Position numbers and translations under genes: made by a program
The notes under the pieces: generated by a model
What the model was told of the DNA's origin: nothing
Databases searched by the model: none
The model's input: the letters and a program-made list of their open reading frames with translations, nothing else
Shown: piece by piece, positions 60,368 to 64,000 of the stretch
How positions within the stretch are numbered: the stretch's first letter is position 1
Layout: each line of letters begins with the position of its first letter
Assembly: GCA_013140805.1 (NCBI GenBank)
Contig: JABFRW010000033.1
Coordinates: 245-64,244, forward strand
From: Candidatus Eiseniibacteriota bacterium
GTDB lineage: Bacteria > Eisenbacteria > RBG-16-71-46
Direction: 5' to 3'
DNA: 64,000 nt

Positions 60368-61165
60368 CTAGGGCGTCGCGTGCCGCGCGCGCTCATCCAC
60401 GTTCGAGACGTGAATGAGCGTCAGGAACAGCGCGCGGCGGCCGAGCAGATCGGGCGGAACTCCCCAGTGCTCGAGCGGCGCGGCGAGCGCTTCGAGTGCC
60501 TCGAACAGCGGCTTCGAGTCGGATTCCGTCACGCCGCGCATCAACCGCGGCGCGAGGCCGTGCGGGTCGGCGAGGCTACCCAGCTCCGATTCCCACCAAT
60601 GCTCGAGCGGCACCCATCGATCCTCGAGCGCGAACGCGATGCGGCTCAGCGCACGCACTGCCCGGTCGAGCACCAGCCGCGCCGAAGCTTCGAGGCCGCG
60701 CGCGCGCGTCTTCTGCGCGCGGTGCAGTGACGCCCACGCGTCGATCGCCGCGTGCCGGATGCGGGCGCGCCGGAACGACTCGGGCATCGCGGCGAGCGCC
60801 TGAACGGCGCCTGCGATCTCGCCGCTCGTGTCGTGGTGAACCACTGCGCGTTCGTAGGGCCAGTGGTCGAGGTCGTGCGAAGACTCGAGCTTGCGACGGT
60901 ATTCGGCGAGGCAGGTGAGTTGCGCGTCGTAGATCACGCGCCGTGCCGCGCCCTCGCCCTCGACCACGAACTCGTGACACGCGGCGGGCTCGAGGCGCGC
61001 GAAGGCGTCGGGCGACAACAGGACTTCGAGATCGTCGTCGCTGGTCGCATCGCCGAGCCCCCGCGTGCGCGAGCCGACCTGAACGATCCCGATCACGTCG
61101 GGATCGTCGCGCCAGCGCTGCATGCGTTCGAGTGTCGGTGCGTGGGGCGTGAAGGAAGTGCTCAT
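60368..61165 (-). CDS. Nucleotidyltransferase-domain protein (ANT(6)/DUF4037-like pol-beta-fold NTase)
   Basis: IGIVQVGSRTRGLGDATSDDDLEVLL matches the G-S-x9-13-D-x-D NTase core. Size is like AadK-type enzymes. Function is not assignable from sequence. Confidence 0.5.
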   Translation of the reverse strand: MSTSFTPHAPTLERMQRWRDDPDVIGIVQVGSRTRGLGDATSDDDLEVLLSPDAFARLEPAACHEFVVEGEGAARRVIYDAQLTCLAEYRRKLESSHDLDHWPYERAVVHHDTSGEIAGAVQALAAMPESFRRARIRHAAIDAWASLHRAQKTRARGLEASARLVLDRAVRALSRIAFALEDRWVPLEHWWESELGSLADPHGLAPRLMRGVTESDSKPLFEALEALAAPLEHWGVPPDLLGRRALFLTLIHVSNVDERARHATP

Positions 61166-61208
61166 CGGCGCACCTTATCAGGGAGTCGCACGCGCCTCGA
61201 AGCGCACC

Positions 61209-62909
61209 TCAGTTGCCGCGCGGCACCGGCACGATCGAGTGCCCGAGGTGGCAACCGACGCAGCTCACGGTTTCGCCGCGGCGTCCCGAGTTCTGCCCTC
61301 TCACGTGTGCGAAGCCGCGACCGGTGCGCAACACGCGTCCGCTCGAGTCGACGAGCTGCTCGAACAGCGGGACGTCGGCGGGCAGTCGCGCATCGACGCG
61401 GCCATCGCGGCCGATCGCCTGCTCGTGCACCAGCACGGCGGTGTCGGCGTTGACGCCGTGAGCGCTGGCAAGCGTCGCCCAGAAGCGAATGCGCGCCCCC
61501 GAAGTCCGAATCGGAGCGACGTCAACGCCGGGGCGAGCACTCCCGCCCGCGAAGACATCGCGATCGAGGAAGCGAAAGGTGTCCGACGCAGCCCGCCCTT
61601 CGAGCGACCCGGGTGGCCACGCTCGAGTCTCGCCCGCCCGCGCTTCGACGGCCCGAACGCGCTTCATCGCGTCGCGCTCGGCCACGCCGACGGCCCGCTT
61701 CACCACCGGTGCGGCGTCCAGTTCATGGGTGCCGGGGAGGTCGAACAACTTCTCGAGTCGACGTCCGTCTCGATCGCAGGTGTAGAGCCCGAAGTCGCCG
61801 CGCGCCGATGCGTCATAGCTGAACACGACGCCGCCGTCCGGCAGTGCGGCCGGCGCGCACGCCGAGGGTGCGGCGAGCCCGCGCGCGGAGCCATAGAAAC
61901 TTGCATCCTCCGGATCGATCGCCGCACCCGCGATGCGCCGCGCGTGGCCGAGCCGCGGCGCGAAGCGCAGCAGCGCGAGTGGGCCGCTGCGCGGCGCGAG
62001 GCCGGGATTGGCGGCCTGCACCGCCACGATCGAGCCGTCGGTGAGGATCGCGGGCTGATCGCCGGTGCTCTCGAGCCGCGTCGTGAGCCCCGAGGCCGCG
62101 AGGCGCAGGTCGCTGCCGTCGGCATTCGTGGACACCAGCTGCCAGAGATTCACGGTGTCCCGCGCGATCGATTGCGCCGAGTCGAGCGTGAGGCCGGGTG
62201 AAGTGTCGGTCGGCAGCCAGCGATTGAACCACCAGCGGCTGTAGACCAGACGACCTTTGCGCGAGTCCCACACCGGCTCGGAGGCGCCGTTACGCTCGGC
62301 ACTCACGCGAACGCTGCGGTGAGCCGGCGCAGTCGCGGGCCGGGCGAGGTCACGGGTGCCGCCATGAGGATCGAGTCGCGCGACTCTCAACTCGGTCACC
62401 TGTCCAACCGGGTACTGACTCGCCCACGGCACGATGCGGACGAACGCGAGCAGCGAATCCGAGATCCAGCAGGGTTCGAAATCACCGAGCGCAAACGCCT
62501 CGGACGGGCCATACATCGGAGGTTCGAACAGCCGGTTCACCCGGCCGCTCGAGAGCTCGACGAGGAACAGAGCCCACGCCGTGTCCGTGGAGCGCATCGC
62601 CGAAAACACCACGCGCCGGCCATCGGGTGACACCGCCGGATTGGCGACATCGAGGAACGCGCGTGGTTCGCCCAGCTCGCGCACGCGTCCATCGCTTTCG
62701 CGCAACATCAGCCGCCCGCGCGTTACAACCGCTCGATGTACCGGGCCGAGTCCCGGCACCGCGAGCGGATCGCCGGCAATCGGAGCGCGCGACACGAACA
62801 CGATCGGCGGCAGTCGACGCGGCGAGCGCGTCGCGCCACCGAGTGCGATCGCGATCAACGTGAGCGCGAGTGCGGAACAAATGGCGTGGAGTACCCACTG
62901 CTTCGGCAT
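61209..62909 (-). CDS. Membrane-anchored TolB/PD40-like beta-propeller protein with a single C-terminal CxxCH motif
   Basis: N-terminal TM helix LHAICSALALTLIAIALGG. SPDG-type propeller repeats. It ends ...VSCVGCHLGHSIVPVP. Confidence 0.55.
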   Translation of the reverse strand: MPKQWVLHAICSALALTLIAIALGGATRSPRRLPPIVFVSRAPIAGDPLAVPGLGPVHRAVVTRGRLMLRESDGRVRELGEPRAFLDVANPAVSPDGRRVVFSAMRSTDTAWALFLVELSSGRVNRLFEPPMYGPSEAFALGDFEPCWISDSLLAFVRIVPWASQYPVGQVTELRVARLDPHGGTRDLARPATAPAHRSVRVSAERNGASEPVWDSRKGRLVYSRWWFNRWLPTDTSPGLTLDSAQSIARDTVNLWQLVSTNADGSDLRLAASGLTTRLESTGDQPAILTDGSIVAVQAANPGLAPRSGPLALLRFAPRLGHARRIAGAAIDPEDASFYGSARGLAAPSACAPAALPDGGVVFSYDASARGDFGLYTCDRDGRRLEKLFDLPGTHELDAAPVVKRAVGVAERDAMKRVRAVEARAGETRAWPPGSLEGRAASDTFRFLDRDVFAGGSARPGVDVAPIRTSGARIRFWATLASAHGVNADTAVLVHEQAIGRDGRVDARLPADVPLFEQLVDSSGRVLRTGRGFAHVRGQNSGRRGETVSCVGCHLGHSIVPVPRGN

Positions 62910-62959
62910 CGGAACGCGATGCTACACTTCGCTCCCCCGCGGTCCCAAGGAGAGCCCCC

Positions 62960-63301
62960 GTGACGGATGCCCTGATCGTATTCACGAGCTTCGCGAACGA
63001 AGACGACGCCGCGCGCGTGGTGCGCGTGCTGGTCGAGGAGCGGCTCGCGGCGTGCGGCAACCTGCTGCCGGGTGCGCGTTCGATCTATCGCTGGAAGGGC
63101 GCGGTCGCCGACGAGCGCGAGGTGGTGGTGCTGCTCAAGACCCGCAAGCAGGACTGGCCGGCGCTGATGTCGCGCCTGCACGAGCTGCACCCGTACGAGA
63201 TTCCGGAGTGCATCGCCGTGCGCATGGCGGCGGGGGCGCCGCGCTACATGGCGTGGCTCGACGAGGCGCTCGAGATGGCGCCACCCGACGAGACGCGATG
63301 A
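62960..63301 (+). CDS. cutA: Divalent-cation tolerance protein CutA (GTG start)
   Basis: ...ACGNLLPGARSIYRWKGAVADEREVVVLLKTR... is a CutA1 signature. AAGGAG RBS 6 nt upstream. Confidence 0.8.
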   Translation: MTDALIVFTSFANEDDAARVVRVLVEERLAACGNLLPGARSIYRWKGAVADEREVVVLLKTRKQDWPALMSRLHELHPYEIPECIAVRMAAGAPRYMAWLDEALEMAPPDETR

Positions 63302-63354
63302 CCCCCGAATCCGCCCGCTCGGACTCACGCGATGCCGTGCCGCGTTCCGATCGG

Positions 63355-64000
63355 ATGGTGCTCGGCATCGAGTCTTCGTGCGACGACACCTCGGTCGCCG
63401 TGCTCGAGAACGGCGTGCACCTGCGATCGCACCTGATCGCTGCGCAGGATCTGCATCAGCTCTACGGTGGCGTGGTGCCGGAGCTGGCGGCGCGCGCGCA
63501 TCTCGAGTTGCTCCCGACGCTCGTCACCCGCGCACTCGAGGAGGCGGGACTCGGCGCGCGCGAGCTGACCGCGGTGGCGGTCACGAACGCTCCGGGTCTG
63601 GTGGGTTCACTGGTGGTTGGTGTGGCGTTTGCGAAGGCGTATGCGCGAGCACTCGGAATTCCGGTGGTGGGGGTGAACCACATCGAGGCGCACCTCCACG
63701 CGGCCTCGCTCGAACACGGTGAATGTCCGCTGCCGGCGATCGCGCTGGTGGTGTCCGGCGGCCACAGCGAGATCGTGGCGGTCGAAGGGGTGGGCCGATA
63801 TCGCTGGCTCGGCTCGACGGGCGACGACGCGGCGGGTGAGGCGTACGACAAGGTGGCCAAGCGCCTGGGTCTCGGCTTTCCGGGCGGGCCGCTGATCGAT
63901 CGGCTCGCGGCCGATGGCAATCCTCGGGCATTCGATTTTCCGCGGCCGATGCTGCATCAGCCCGGCTACGACCTTTCGTTCTCGGGCCTCAAGACCGCGG
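63355..64000 (+). CDS. tsaD: tRNA N6-adenosine threonylcarbamoyltransferase TsaD (Kae1/Gcp family), 5' partial - continues past window end
   Basis: MVLGIESSCDDTSVAVL... and HIEAHL/GGHSEIV metal-binding motifs, plus GFPGGPLID. It is not in the ORF track because it runs off the edge. Confidence 0.85.
   Translation, partial: MVLGIESSCDDTSVAVLENGVHLRSHLIAAQDLHQLYGGVVPELAARAHLELLPTLVTRALEEAGLGARELTAVAVTNAPGLVGSLVVGVAFAKAYARALGIPVVGVNHIEAHLHAASLEHGECPLPAIALVVSGGHSEIVAVEGVGRYRWLGSTGDDAAGEAYDKVAKRLGLGFPGGPLIDRLAADGNPRAFDFPRPMLHQPGYDLSFSGLKTA

Overview
This is a high-GC (roughly 70 percent) bacterial chromosomal segment with dense coding on both strands. Third-codon-position GC bias produces many long spurious antisense ORFs; I rejected these by homology and frame logic.

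What I can support from the sequence:

- **ATP synthase operon (18249-25324, + strand).** A complete F1Fo operon in the order atpZ, fused atpI-atpB, atpE, atpF, atpH, atpA, atpG, atpD, atpC. The epsilon subunit is unusually short, and subunit a is fused to an AtpI-like N-terminal module and carries a His-rich C-terminal tail.
- **Secreted hydrolases and peptidases.** The window is unusually rich in them: two M20 family enzymes, and one each of S9, M28, S41, M32, M48 and CHAT, plus OPT, MFS and MATE transporters.
- **Shared C-terminal sorting domain.** Six of the secreted proteins end in the same roughly 80-aa beta-sandwich domain (FlgD-Ig / T9SS-type-A-like, ending ...GVYFVRL...).
- **Repeat-protein paralogs.** Three of those six are large paralogs built from about 50-aa tandem repeats.
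- **Sigma-factor operon.** A TPR-CHAT caspase-like protein is followed by an ECF sigma factor and a ZAS-type anti-sigma factor.
- **Cytochrome.** An octaheme c-type cytochrome (8 CxxCH) is translationally coupled to a small membrane protein.
- **Housekeeping genes.** sthA, yajQ, a NUDIX hydrolase, fpg/nei, cyclophilin, cutA, and a partial tsaD at the right edge.
- **Damaged genes and repeats.** A beta-barrel OMP carries one in-frame TAG and a DUF4394 gene carries a 1-nt frameshift; there is also a duplicated DinB-family segment and a perfect 99-bp intragenic tandem duplication.

I recognised no rRNA, tRNA, CRISPR array, transposase or integrase, and I could not run tRNA or CRISPR searches. Taxonomic origin is uncertain; the C-terminal sorting domains and GC content suggest a Gemmatimonadota / FCB-like lineage. 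Gene starts were re-derived from signal peptides, RBS motifs and homolog N-termini, so they often differ from the raw ORF track.
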